Source: an uncultured delta proteobacterium
GTDB taxonomy: Bacteria > Myxococcota > Kuafuiibacteriia > Kuafuiibacteriales > Kuafuiibacteriaceae
Length of the DNA: 64,000 nucleotides
Assembly: GCA_963803435.1 (NCBI GenBank)
Contig: CAWDML010000009.1
Span: 1,504,001-1,568,000 of the forward strand
Direction: 5' to 3'
Shown here: one piece after another, positions 1-9,483 of the stretch
How the letters are laid out: the number at the start of each line of letters is the position of its first letter
Numbering within the stretch: the first letter of the stretch is position 1
Made by a program: the position numbers and the translations under genes
The notes under the pieces: generated by a model
The model's input: the letters and a program-made list of their open reading frames with translations, nothing else
The model's database searches: none
Told to the model about the DNA's origin: nothing

Positions 1-1346
1 CGCCGCTGCTTCTTCATCTTCTCGAACGCGATCCGCTCGTGCGCCGCGTGCTGATCGATGACCACCATCCGATCCGCGCCCTGGCACACCAGGTACAGGG
101 CGAGGACCTGGCCCACGGGCGAGAGCGAGGAGAAGCGGCCCGCCATCTCGGCCTCGAGCTGGCGCGCGGGCGGCGCCGGCGACCACGACAGCTCGAAGGC
201 GGCCCGCGCACCCGACTCCGCTCGCGGGCGGGAGAGCTCGAGGTACTCGGCGATCCGCTTGGCCGGGGGTGGCTCGCGGACGAGCGCCGGCGGCTCGCGC
301 ACCAGGTAGCGGCGCGCCGGCTCGGGCTCAGGAGGGCCGGCGGCGTCGTCGAGCCAGGGCTGGGCCGCCAGCGTCCGCTGGATCGCCCCGCTGACCGCCC
401 GGTGCACGTCGCCGGTGTTGGCAAACCGCACCTCCGTCTTCTGCGGATGCACGTTGACGTCGAAGGTCGCGGGATCGACCTCGAGGAAGATCACCACGAC
501 CGGATACCGGCCACGCTCGAGCAGCGTCCGGTAGGCGTCGGTGATCGCGTGCTGGATCGTGCGGTCGCGGATGAAGCGCCCGTTGACGAACGAGAAGACG
601 TTCCGCGCGGTCCGCTCCGAGAGCTCGGGCGCCGAGACGAAGCCGGCGACCCGGCCGCCGTCCCGGATGGGATGGAGGCGCTCGGCGATCGGCGCCCCCA
701 GGATGCGTCCCAGGCGCGCGCGCGGATCGTCCTCGGTCTCGGACGGCACCTCGAGCACGTTGCGGCCGGCGCCGGTGACCTTGAAGGCCACCTTGCGATT
801 GGCGAGCGCCAGCCGCACCACCGCGTCCGTCACGTGGCTCATCTCCGTGGAGGCGCGCTTGAGGAACTTCTTGCGGGCGGGGACGTTGAAGAACAGATCC
901 CGGACCTCCACGACCGTCCCCGGCGCCGCGCCGCATGCGCTCACCTCCGCAGGGCCTCCGCCCTCGACCGCCACGCGCGTGCCCTCGTCCTCGCCGGCGG
1001 CGCGCGTGATCAAGCGGAAGCGGCTGACCGACGCGATCGACGGGATCGCCTCGCCGCGGAAGCCGAAGGTGGCCACGGTCTCCAGATCGGCGAGCGCACG
1101 GATCTTGGAGGTGGCGTGGCGCTCGAGAGAGAGGACGGCGTCCTCGCGCGACATACCGGCGCCGTCGTCGGTGACGCGGATCAGGCGCTGGCCACCCTCC
1201 TCGATGTCGATCGAGATCCGCTGTGCGCCGGCGTCGACCGCGTTCTCGACCAGCTCCTTCACCACCGACGCGGGGCGCTCCACCACCTCGCCGGCGGCGA
1301 TCTGGTTCGCCACCGTCTCCGGGAGCTTGACGATGCGACCGACCAT
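1..1346 (-). CDS. mutL: DNA mismatch repair protein MutL (3' part lies outside the window)
   Basis: Manual translation from ATG at 1346: MVGRIVKLPETVANQIAAGEVVERPASVVKELVENAVDAG...RHATSKI...FGFRGEA, the GHKL ATPase motifs of MutL. Missing from the ORF track because it runs off the window. Confidence 0.95.
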   Translation of the reverse strand, partial: MVGRIVKLPETVANQIAAGEVVERPASVVKELVENAVDAGAQRISIDIEEGGQRLIRVTDDGAGMSREDAVLSLERHATSKIRALADLETVATFGFRGEAIPSIASVSRFRLITRAAGEDEGTRVAVEGGGPAEVSACGAAPGTVVEVRDLFFNVPARKKFLKRASTEMSHVTDAVVRLALANRKVAFKVTGAGRNVLEVPSETEDDPRARLGRILGAPIAERLHPIRDGGRVAGFVSAPELSERTARNVFSFVNGRFIRDRTIQHAITDAYRTLLERGRYPVVVIFLEVDPATFDVNVHPQKTEVRFANTGDVHRAVSGAIQRTLAAQPWLDDAAGPPEPEPARRYLVREPPALVREPPPAKRIAEYLELSRPRAESGARAAFELSWSPAPPARQLEAEMAGRFSSLSPVGQVLALYLVCQGADRMVVIDQHAAHERIAFEKMKKQR

Positions 1347-1412
1347 CCCATCCCCGAGGTCATCGGAAAACGCCCGAGATGTCACGTTTGAGTTGGCCGG
1401 CCCACGGGCGGC

Positions 1413-2150
1413 TTGCCCGCGGGGCGCACGCGTGAAAACGGAAGGCGGGTGCGGAGCACGTGGGTTCTGGGCGATCCGCACGCCGGCGCCGACCCGGAGG
1501 CCGATCGGGCCCTCCTCCTCCTCCTCGACCGGGCGGCGGCCGGCGGCGTCGACCTCCTGGTGATGGGCGATCTGTTCGTGGCCTGGATCGCCGTCGATCG
1601 CTTCCTCACCGACCTCCAGCGCGCGGTCCTGGGACGCATGGAGGCGATCCGCGCCGGCGGCGGGACGATCCGGTTCGTCGTCGGGAACCGCGACTACCTG
1701 CCCGAACGCATGATCGGCCGGGCCTTCGACGCGGTGCATGCGGACGAGACCGTCATCGATCTGGACGGCGTCCCCACGATGATCGTCCACGGTGATCGGC
1801 TCAACCCGCGCGACCGGCCGTACCGCGCCTGGTACCGCCTGTCGCGGAGCGCTCCGGTGAGCGCGATCCTCGCGCGGCTGCCGCGGATGCTGGGCCGTTC
1901 GATCGCCGCCGAGATCGAGACACGCATGCGCGGCATGAACGCGGCGTACAAGACCGGGCCTCTGCCCCTGGACGGGATCGAGGCGCTGGCCCGGCGTGCG
2001 CGCGCGGCGGGGGCAGCGCGGGCGCTGGTGGGACACTTCCACGAGCCGGCGCGGATCGAGGCGGCGGTGCCGGTGGTGGTGGCGCCGGGCTGGTTCGTGC
2101 ACCGGACGGTGCTGCTCGGCCGCGACCTCTCGAGCTACTCTGCCGTGTAG
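1413..2150 (+). CDS. lpxH: Calcineurin-like metallophosphoesterase, LpxH-like UDP-2,3-diacylglucosamine hydrolase
   Basis: Motifs GDPH, MGDLFVAWI, VGNRDY, HGD, GHFH. True start may be GTG at ~1449. Confidence 0.7.
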   Translation: MPAGRTRENGRRVRSTWVLGDPHAGADPEADRALLLLLDRAAAGGVDLLVMGDLFVAWIAVDRFLTDLQRAVLGRMEAIRAGGGTIRFVVGNRDYLPERMIGRAFDAVHADETVIDLDGVPTMIVHGDRLNPRDRPYRAWYRLSRSAPVSAILARLPRMLGRSIAAEIETRMRGMNAAYKTGPLPLDGIEALARRARAAGAARALVGHFHEPARIEAAVPVVVAPGWFVHRTVLLGRDLSSYSAV

Positions 2151-3364
2151 AGCAGCCGATCGAACGAGAAGATCGTGATGCTGTCCGGGTAGACGTAGAT
2201 GGTGCGCTTCCCCAGGACCACCACGTCGGCCTCCGAGCCGTCGGCGTCGGGACCGGAGTACGCCGGGTTGGCCTCGACGCCGTCGCACATGCAGACGCCG
2301 TCGTGGCCGCAGATCGAGCGCGTGATCGAGGCGCCGATCTCGACCGGCTGCCCGCCGTCCTGCGTGTTCACCGCGATCGCCGCGTAGAGGCCGTCCGCGT
2401 TGGTGACGCTGCGGGTCTGGTCGACCTTGGGATCCTCCAGGTTGCCCAGGCTCGGCGGCAGGCCGACGTTGAAGTACGCGAGCTTGCGCACCGTCGAGGA
2501 GACGCCGACCGCCGCGTTCTGGATGGTGTCGTCGCTGCTGCAGTCTTGGACCTCGCCGGCGATGTGTCCCTGACCGATGCCGTCGTAGAGGTCGTCGTCG
2601 CCCTCGATCTGGGAGACGCCGGCGGTCAGCGCCACGGTGGTGAACGTCTGGGACACGACCGTGTTGACGTCGTCGACGATGTAACAGGGGTTCGCGCCGC
2701 AGTCGGCCGCCGGATCCGCGACCAGCGCGGAGGTCGGATCGGGCCCCTCGCGGATCAGCGCGTTCCGTAGCACGACGTTGTACTGGTACGTGTCGACGTA
2801 CGTGCGCTCGTCGTTCGGGAACTGCTGATCCGTCACCCGGACGATCAGCGGCGTCTCGGTCGGGATTCCGGCGACGCTGAACCGGCCGAGGTCCGAGCAG
2901 GTGGTCTTCGGGACCGTCGTGGAGAGGGCCGTCGCGATCACGGCGCCCGGGGTCTTCTCGGCGCGGCTGCCCGGCGTGCCGGTGACGTCATAGCCTGGGT
3001 TGACCGGCGTTCCGCCGACCGCCTCGCGCAGGATCGTCACGGTCAGGTTGTCGGACTGGGCCGCCAGCCCGAACGAGTTCACGCAACCGGTGAAGGTCAC
3101 CGCGATCGGCGTCCCGAGCGGCTCGTTCACGCCGAGGCAGCTCAGGTCGGGATCCTTCTGCTCGCACTCCGCGTTGTCCGCGTCGATGGCCTTGTAGTGG
3201 CAGCCGTTCACCTCCCGGTCGGGGACGTTGAGCGAGAGACCGGCCGCGTCGATCCGCGCGGGGAGGTTCTGGCAGGTGGGGGTGCCGTCGTCGGTACCGT
3301 CATCGCCGCTGTTGCAGGCGAAGAGCAGCGGGAGCGCGAGGACGAGGAGCGGGGTCTTCAGCAC
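2135..3364 (-). CDS. Hypothetical Cys-containing lipoprotein
   Basis: Lipobox-like LLFAC after a hydrophobic stretch; 409 aa with typical codon usage. Confidence 0.7.
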   Translation of the reverse strand: MLKTPLLVLALPLLFACNSGDDGTDDGTPTCQNLPARIDAAGLSLNVPDREVNGCHYKAIDADNAECEQKDPDLSCLGVNEPLGTPIAVTFTGCVNSFGLAAQSDNLTVTILREAVGGTPVNPGYDVTGTPGSRAEKTPGAVIATALSTTVPKTTCSDLGRFSVAGIPTETPLIVRVTDQQFPNDERTYVDTYQYNVVLRNALIREGPDPTSALVADPAADCGANPCYIVDDVNTVVSQTFTTVALTAGVSQIEGDDDLYDGIGQGHIAGEVQDCSSDDTIQNAAVGVSSTVRKLAYFNVGLPPSLGNLEDPKVDQTRSVTNADGLYAAIAVNTQDGGQPVEIGASITRSICGHDGVCMCDGVEANPAYSGPDADGSEADVVVLGKRTIYVYPDSITIFSFDRLLYTAE

Positions 3365-3404
3365 AGGGCGTGCTGTATGGGCTGTCCGGCCCGGGAGTCA
3401 ATCC

Positions 3405-4016
3405 TCACCAGAGCCGGGTCCCGAAGACGAAGTCCCACAGGGGCATGGAGACACCGAAGCCCTTGCCCGACGCCTTGAAGTGATGCGCCAGGTGCCACTT
3501 TCGGAGCCACTTCCCGACCGCGTTCTTGGGCGCGAAGTGGTGCACGTAGTAGTGGACCATGTCGTACGAGAGGTACCCGAGGGCCAGCCCGGCGAAGGTC
3601 GCGTACCGGTTCGTCTCGCCGAAGACCACCGTGTAGATCCCGAAGAACAGGACCGCCAGCGGGACGCTCAAGCCTGGGGGGAACACGAGACGGAGCTTGT
3701 CGTTGGGCCAGTCGTGGTGCACGCCGTGGAAGATCCAGATGAGCCGCTTCCCCAGCTTGCCCTTTGCCTTGAAGTGAAAGAGGACCCGGTGGAGCCAGTA
3801 CTCCATCAACGTCCAGTTCAGCAGACCCAGCAGGAACAGGCCCAGATAGAGCGGGAGCGAGTTGCCGAGGAAGAAGGCCCGGTAGCTGCTCCAGGCGATC
3901 ACCGGCAGGAAGATGGCGGGCGGCTGCCAGGGCGGGATGCGGGAGAAGAACTCGAAGAAGTCGCTCTCGAACATCCGCCCCGACTCGCTCTGGGCGCTCG
4001 CTTTCACGGCTCGCAT
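3405..4016 (-). CDS. Fatty acid hydroxylase / sterol desaturase family membrane enzyme
   Basis: Four His boxes (HRVLFH, HGVHH, HYYVHH, HLAHH), TM segments and a WDFVFGT motif. Confidence 0.9.
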   Translation of the reverse strand: MRAVKASAQSESGRMFESDFFEFFSRIPPWQPPAIFLPVIAWSSYRAFFLGNSLPLYLGLFLLGLLNWTLMEYWLHRVLFHFKAKGKLGKRLIWIFHGVHHDWPNDKLRLVFPPGLSVPLAVLFFGIYTVVFGETNRYATFAGLALGYLSYDMVHYYVHHFAPKNAVGKWLRKWHLAHHFKASGKGFGVSMPLWDFVFGTRLW

Positions 4017-4094
4017 GGAACGGGGCGCACGCTAGGACGCCGATCCACCAAACGCAATGTGATTGGCGCCGTCACTTCCGACCAAGCGGTTTGA

Positions 4095-4832
4095 TCAACG
4101 CCCGATGCGGCTGAGGAGCGTGCGCTGGACCTCCTGCTCCACGTCCTCGGCGCGATGGAGCAGCTCTTCTGCGGCGGGCTCGGCGGTGGCGGCCATCTGC
4201 TCGAGGAGCTCGGCGCCAGCTCGGATCGCGCGGGACCCCACCTGCACGGCATCGTCATCGTCGTCGACGCCGCGCGCGACGCGGGCGCGATCGAGCGCGA
4301 CCTCGAGCTCGTCCTCGAGGAACGGTTGATTGTCCGCGTGGACGAACTCGGCGACGACCACCGCGGCGGTGAGGTGACCGCAGCCGGCCTTGAGGCCCTC
4401 CTTGGGGCGGAGCACCTTCAGCGTGCGGTAGGCGAGCCGGCCGGCATCGATGTGGCCCTTGATCGCGCGCTCGTGCGCGGGCGCTTGGGAGAGCTCGCGG
4501 AGCGCGTTGACCCAGCGGGTGACGGCCATCGACGCGATCAGCGAGATACGGCTCGAGTGGCGGAGCACGTCGCCGAGGGTGGCGCGGCGCGCCAGCTCGG
4601 CGGTGGCGTGGACCTGGGCGTAGCGGATGTGGATGAGGCCGTCGCCGGCCAGCTCGGGGGACTCGGTGTCGGTCGCCTCGTTCGCCAGCTTGGACGCGCG
4701 GGCTTCGAGGCGCCGCTTGAGGTCGGACAGCATCGCGTCGACCCGCTCCATCCGGTGGGCCGCCTGCGCGAGGCGCTCGATGTCGAAGGCGAGGCGTTGG
4801 CGGACGTCGAGTGTGGACATCATGGTGGGCAC
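4095..4832 (-). CDS. Hypothetical alpha-helical protein
   Basis: 245-aa ORF with normal composition, co-oriented with its neighbours. Confidence 0.6.
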   Translation of the reverse strand: MPTMMSTLDVRQRLAFDIERLAQAAHRMERVDAMLSDLKRRLEARASKLANEATDTESPELAGDGLIHIRYAQVHATAELARRATLGDVLRHSSRISLIASMAVTRWVNALRELSQAPAHERAIKGHIDAGRLAYRTLKVLRPKEGLKAGCGHLTAAVVVAEFVHADNQPFLEDELEVALDRARVARGVDDDDDAVQVGSRAIRAGAELLEQMAATAEPAAEELLHRAEDVEQEVQRTLLSRIGR

Positions 4833-4892
4833 CGAGGGAACGGTGTGGGCAGCCTAGCGCATGCCCCTGGATGTGGAAACGAAGGAATCCGC

Positions 4893-6971
4893 TCAGTTTC
4901 CGCAGCCGTTCGAGACGAGGATCGTTTCCTGACCGGGGGTCTGGCTGGTGGCGCCGCAGGAGTTGGTGCAGTTCACCCCGAGGACGAACGTCCCGGCCGC
5001 CATCGGCACGAAGGCGGTCGTCAGCATCCCCTGCGTGTTGAACGGCGGCGGCATGCCCATCGGCACGAAGGGCCAGAACCAAGTGCAGGCGTTCACCATC
5101 GCGCCTGGAGGTCCGGGGTTGCTGGCGTTGGCGTCCACCATGATCTCGTCACCGACGCAATGGGGGGACGGGCTCGTCACGGTGATGACCGGCGTGGGGA
5201 AGAGGCACGGCTTGTCCTCGGCGGAGAGCACCACGATGTGCTCCGGATCCGAGGGCGCGTCCGAGAAGATGTGGAGCTCGACCAGGTCGATCGTGGAGAT
5301 GTCGTCGTTGGCGTAGGTGACATCGAGCTGCTTGGTGAAGTTGGCGTTGCAGCCCGGGCTCCCCGGCGCGCAGAGGGTCAGGTTGAGATCGCAAGGATTG
5401 GCGCCGGCGCAGAGCGGGATGGTGAAGTCGTCGACCGACGGGTGATCGAGCATCCCGTTGGGCCCGCGCAGCTCGAGTCGCGAGACGACGAGATCGCCGT
5501 AGCCGATGTTGGAGATGATCAGCGGCTGCGTCTGCGGCGGGAACGGCGGATCGACGCCGACCGGGAGCGGGAACGCGAGCGTGTCGGCGGGCTGGACCTG
5601 GATCTCGGGGATCGGGCCGCCGATGATGGGGATCAGGATCCGCGGGTTGATCGGATCGTTGCTGGTGAGCACCAGGTTGTCCGCGTCGACGCCGGTGTTT
5701 CGCGGCGTGTACGCGACGAAGAGCTGGACCAGCTCGAAGAGCCGCAGGGTGAGGTTCTGCGTGGGTCCGAGGTCGGTCGTCACGGCGAACTCCGGGTTGC
5801 CGCTCTCGATGGCGATGTTGGAGATCGTGAGATCGGCGTCGCCGCCGTTGCGGCAGGTGATCGTGGCGGTGGCGGTGGTGTTCTGGGGAACCGGCCCGAA
5901 GTTGATCCGCTCCGGCGAGCACTGGAGCGCCGGCGCCGAGCCCTGGCCCGTCAGCGGCACCACGATCAAGCGGTGGTCGGGATCGTTCGTGTACAGCCGG
6001 AGGCCGGTCATGTTGGTCGCCTGTCCGCGCCACAAGCCGGTGCGCGCGCCGCTGAAGACGAACTTGAACTGGTTCGCGCCGTCGGTGCCGCCGGGGGTGA
6101 TCGGCACGAGGAACGGATCGGCCGGGTCGGGCGTCAGCGGCTGGCCGCTCATGTCCTCGATGGTGAAGCCCACGTCCTCGCCGGTGAGGATCGGTCCGGG
6201 ATCGCCGCAGCAGTAGTCCTGCACCAGGACGTCGATCTTCTGGATCTCGAGGTCGCCGACCGGCTTGTTGTCGCGCCACTGGTTGCGCACCTCGATGACC
6301 AGGTCGCAGGGATCCTCGTTGGAGCTGACCGCGCCGAAGGTCACGCCGTTGCACTGTCTCAGCTGGGGCTGCGCCTCTCCGCAGTTGTTCGCGACCGGGC
6401 AGAACACGCTGGCGACGGGCGGCTGTACCGCGCGGCCCGAGAGCCCGAAGCTGGCCGCGCCGGTGGGCGTGTTGTCGGTGACGTTGAGATCGGCGGCCTG
6501 CCCCTCGCCGGGGCAACCGTTGAAGTCGAAGTTCTCGCGGAGCGTGTTGCCATCCCAGGCCTGCGGGCAGGGACGGAAGGTGACGCTGATGGTGGCCGTC
6601 TGGCCGGGCGCGATGCCGACCATCGGATTCAGCTCGTCGGCCACGACGACCTTCCAGGTCCCGTCGGCCGAGGTGCTCACCAGGTTCGCCGCCACCACGT
6701 TGACCGGCGCCCGCCCGTTCGACTGCACCCGGATGGCGAGCGTCTTCTCGGAGTTGACCGAGACGTCGCCGAACACCAGCTCGGTCCCGGGGGCTTCACC
6801 CACGGCGCTGACGAACGGATAGGGATCGTAGGTCACGGAGGGGAGGAACTGCTCGGTCTCGCAGTTGCAATTCATCAGGGTCCCCGCCGAGAGAAAGCTC
6901 AGCATGAGGAAGGGAATCGAGCGGCGTTGGGGTCCGTGCATGGCGCTCCTCGTGTCGCGTGGCCGTAACAA
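4893..6971 (-). CDS. Exported Cys/Pro-rich protein with choice-of-anchor D / ASH (HYDIN)-like Ig repeats and a C-terminal PKD-like domain; probable lipoprotein
   Basis: Repeats LVFGDV..., INFGPV...NGGDADLTISNI, SNIGYGDLVVSRL and SNDP motifs; N-terminal hydrophobic segment followed by NCNC. Start may be ~6941. Confidence 0.7.
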   Translation of the reverse strand: MLRPRDTRSAMHGPQRRSIPFLMLSFLSAGTLMNCNCETEQFLPSVTYDPYPFVSAVGEAPGTELVFGDVSVNSEKTLAIRVQSNGRAPVNVVAANLVSTSADGTWKVVVADELNPMVGIAPGQTATISVTFRPCPQAWDGNTLRENFDFNGCPGEGQAADLNVTDNTPTGAASFGLSGRAVQPPVASVFCPVANNCGEAQPQLRQCNGVTFGAVSSNEDPCDLVIEVRNQWRDNKPVGDLEIQKIDVLVQDYCCGDPGPILTGEDVGFTIEDMSGQPLTPDPADPFLVPITPGGTDGANQFKFVFSGARTGLWRGQATNMTGLRLYTNDPDHRLIVVPLTGQGSAPALQCSPERINFGPVPQNTTATATITCRNGGDADLTISNIAIESGNPEFAVTTDLGPTQNLTLRLFELVQLFVAYTPRNTGVDADNLVLTSNDPINPRILIPIIGGPIPEIQVQPADTLAFPLPVGVDPPFPPQTQPLIISNIGYGDLVVSRLELRGPNGMLDHPSVDDFTIPLCAGANPCDLNLTLCAPGSPGCNANFTKQLDVTYANDDISTIDLVELHIFSDAPSDPEHIVVLSAEDKPCLFPTPVITVTSPSPHCVGDEIMVDANASNPGPPGAMVNACTWFWPFVPMGMPPPFNTQGMLTTAFVPMAAGTFVLGVNCTNSCGATSQTPGQETILVSNGCGN

Positions 6972-7030
6972 ACGGGTCTGGTACGGTCAATCATCCCCTT
7001 CGACCCGGAAGTTGATACGATCGCGCACCG

Positions 7031-7777
7031 ATGCAGTCGAAGCTGCTGAGCACGATCGCGGTGGTCATCCTCTCCTCTACGGGTGTGAGCGCGCGAGGGG
7101 CCCAGATTCGCGCGTTCGCCAACCGTTGGCTCGGAACCCCCTACCAATGGGGCGGGGACTCGCGGAGCGGGATCGACTGCTCCGCCTACCTGCGTCAGAT
7201 GTACCGGGTCCTGTTCAACGTGGAGCTGCCCCGCACCACCAGTCAGCAGATCGATCTCGGCATCGACCTGCCCATCAACAAGACGACGCCCGGGCAAGGG
7301 CTCGAGCCGGGCGACCTCATCTTCTTCATCGACAGCACCCGGACGCCGAACCACGTGGTCGTCTACGCGGGGGACAACACGATCACGCACAGCGTCAGCG
7401 GTCGCGGCGTGGTGATCGAGCCCATCCGCAAGGTCTTCGGACGGCGGATCGTGGCGCGCCGGCTCCTGGTCCCTTCGAACGACGGCAGCGGGGGTTTCGG
7501 ACCGATCCCGCCGGCCGGACCCATCGTGGTCCAAGATCTCCCGTGCCCCGGCGACTATCGGGCCAAGCGCTTCGAGGTCCGGATGTATCGCACCAAGCCG
7601 ATCGGCGAGATCAAGCAGCTCGGCGAACGGGACCTCTGCGACTTCCGCGCGCTCGCCGACGCGCTCCGGGCGAAGGGCGGGCCGATGGCGAAGGACAACG
7701 CGGACCGGCTCGACGCACACGCCGAGTGGCTGCAGTCCATCGACGCCCTCAAGGGCACCATCGGACGCGGCTGGTGA
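7031..7777 (+). CDS. NlpC/P60 (C40) cell-wall peptidase with signal peptide
   Basis: GTPYQWGG...GIDCSAY...LPRTT...PGDLIFF...HVVVY...H catalytic motifs. Confidence 0.9.
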   Translation: MQSKLLSTIAVVILSSTGVSARGAQIRAFANRWLGTPYQWGGDSRSGIDCSAYLRQMYRVLFNVELPRTTSQQIDLGIDLPINKTTPGQGLEPGDLIFFIDSTRTPNHVVVYAGDNTITHSVSGRGVVIEPIRKVFGRRIVARRLLVPSNDGSGGFGPIPPAGPIVVQDLPCPGDYRAKRFEVRMYRTKPIGEIKQLGERDLCDFRALADALRAKGGPMAKDNADRLDAHAEWLQSIDALKGTIGRGW

Positions 7778-7804
7778 GGCCGGGGCTCTGGTAGACTCGG
7801 GCGC

Positions 7805-7951
7805 GTGCCTCAGCTGGAGCGACCGATCGCGCTCGTCCCTCGGCCGTCGGCGCTGGTCCGCGCGATCCGCATGCTCGTGATCGTCACGGTCACCGTGCTC
7901 GTCTTCGTCTTCGGGGTCGCGATCGCCGCGCTGGTCCTCACAGGTACTTGA
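7805..7951 (+). CDS. Small (48 aa) single-pass membrane protein, not in the ORF track
   Basis: GTG...TGA reads VPQLERPIALVPRPSALVRAIRMLVIVTVTVLVFVFGVAIAALVLTGT; strong GC3 bias; TAGACT -10-like hexamer just upstream. Confidence 0.5.
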   Translation: MPQLERPIALVPRPSALVRAIRMLVIVTVTVLVFVFGVAIAALVLTGT

Positions 7952-9188
7952 TCGTCGACCGCACCAGGTCGCGCAGCAGATCGTCGAGCGGGATGCCGTG
8001 CCGCTCGGCGGCGGTCTTGAGCCGATCGTGCTCCTCGTCGGTCAGCTGGATCGTGAGGGCCCGATCGGCGCCGATCGCGGAGTCGACCACGACCAGCTCG
8101 GCCCCACCGTTCCCGCCGATCTTCGCCTTTCCCACGGCCTCGCCGACCATCACGCTCTGCGCGTCGTGGCTGCCGGTCTCGGGGGGGAGCGGCGGCGGCG
8201 TCTTGCGCTGGCGCTCGCGCGCGGCGGCCGCCAGCTGGGTGCGCTCTCGCTCGATCTCGTCGACGAAGATCTGCTTCATGAAGTTCGCGAGGTGGGTGCT
8301 CGTCGGGATGAACTCGGCCGAGTGGAGCCACTGTTGGATGTCGAACTGCATGTCGCGGGCGCTCTGGTAGCGCGCCTCGCGATCCTTCTGGAGCGCCCGC
8401 ATCAGTACGTCCTCGAGCGGCTCCGGGATGTCCTCGCGGAAGTACGAGGGCGGGTAGATCCGGCCGTCGATGATCGACTTGAGGATGGCCATCTCGTTCT
8501 CGCCGGTGAAGAGCTTGTAGCCGGTGATCCACTCGTAGAGGACGACGCCGAGCGTGAAGATGTCGGAGCGCTCGTCGAGGACCTTGCCCATGCCCTGCTC
8601 GGGCGACATGTACGAGAGCTTGCCCTTGATCTCGCCGGCCTTGGTCTGGTCGGTCTGGGTGGTGGCCTTCGCGATCCCGAAGTCGAGGATCTTCACGTTG
8701 CCGTTCCACGCCACCATGATGTTCTCGGGCGTGATGTCACGGTGGACGATGTGGAGCGGCTCGCCGAAGTCGTCGCTCTTGGTGTGGGCGTAGGCGAGGC
8801 CGTCGAGCACGCGCTCCGCGATCGCCATCGCGTACTCGATCGGAAACTGGATCCCGAGCCTCTCGGCCTTGGGGACCACCCGGGACATGTCGCGGCCCGA
8901 GATGTACTCCATGGCGATGTAGAAGCTGGAGTTGATCTTGCCGAGGTCGTAGATCTGCACGACGTTCGGATGCTGGAGCTGCGCCGCGAGCTTGGCCTCG
9001 TTCAAGAACATCTTGACGAAGGCCTCCTCGCTGGTGAGGTGGGGTCGGATCCGCTTGATGGCCAGCGTCTTCTCGAAGCCCTCGAGGCCGGGACGGACGG
9101 CGAGGAAAACCTCGGCCATGCCGCCGACCGCAATCCGCTCGAGCAGCTTGTATTTCCCGAACCAGACGGGCGAGCTTTGGGCCGCCAA
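7938..9188 (-). CDS. Hanks-type Ser/Thr protein kinase with a C-terminal ribbon-helix-helix-like segment
   Basis: IAVGGMAEV, AIKRI, HRDITPEN, DFGIAK and YMSPEQ motifs; no TM; C-terminus LTIQLTDEEHDRLKTAAERHGIPLDDLLRDLV. Confidence 0.9.
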   Translation of the reverse strand: MAAQSSPVWFGKYKLLERIAVGGMAEVFLAVRPGLEGFEKTLAIKRIRPHLTSEEAFVKMFLNEAKLAAQLQHPNVVQIYDLGKINSSFYIAMEYISGRDMSRVVPKAERLGIQFPIEYAMAIAERVLDGLAYAHTKSDDFGEPLHIVHRDITPENIMVAWNGNVKILDFGIAKATTQTDQTKAGEIKGKLSYMSPEQGMGKVLDERSDIFTLGVVLYEWITGYKLFTGENEMAILKSIIDGRIYPPSYFREDIPEPLEDVLMRALQKDREARYQSARDMQFDIQQWLHSAEFIPTSTHLANFMKQIFVDEIERERTQLAAAARERQRKTPPPLPPETGSHDAQSVMVGEAVGKAKIGGNGGAELVVVDSAIGADRALTIQLTDEEHDRLKTAAERHGIPLDDLLRDLVRSTIKYL

Positions 9189-9296
9189 CGCGCGGCGAAG
9201 CTATCACGAACTTGCAGAACAGAGTTCTCGACGCGCTGACCGACCCCCCTGCGGGGGCTGCGCCCGGCTCGAGCCCGGCCGGCTCGGCGGTAAAAC

Positions 9297-9317
9297 CTAG
9301 GTATTTCCATGACTTAG
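9297..9317. promoter_or_regulatory. Imperfect inverted repeat CTAGGT-N9-ACTTAG in the AT-richer divergent promoter region
   Basis: Lies between the divergent kinase and giant surface-protein genes; also loosely resembles an IHF site. Confidence 0.3.
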
Positions 9318-9483
9318 TCGGTGCTTTCGCGCTTGACTGCCCCAGCCTTGCGGGTCGAGTCTGTGCGCGGCTTCGCGCCACGGGAGGGTTGGGGATTTGC
9401 CGCGCGCGCCTCGGGCCGCTGGAGGGACCAGCGGATCGAGGGCGCACCGCTCCGCTCGTTCGTGCGTCGAGCTGGGAGCTCTG

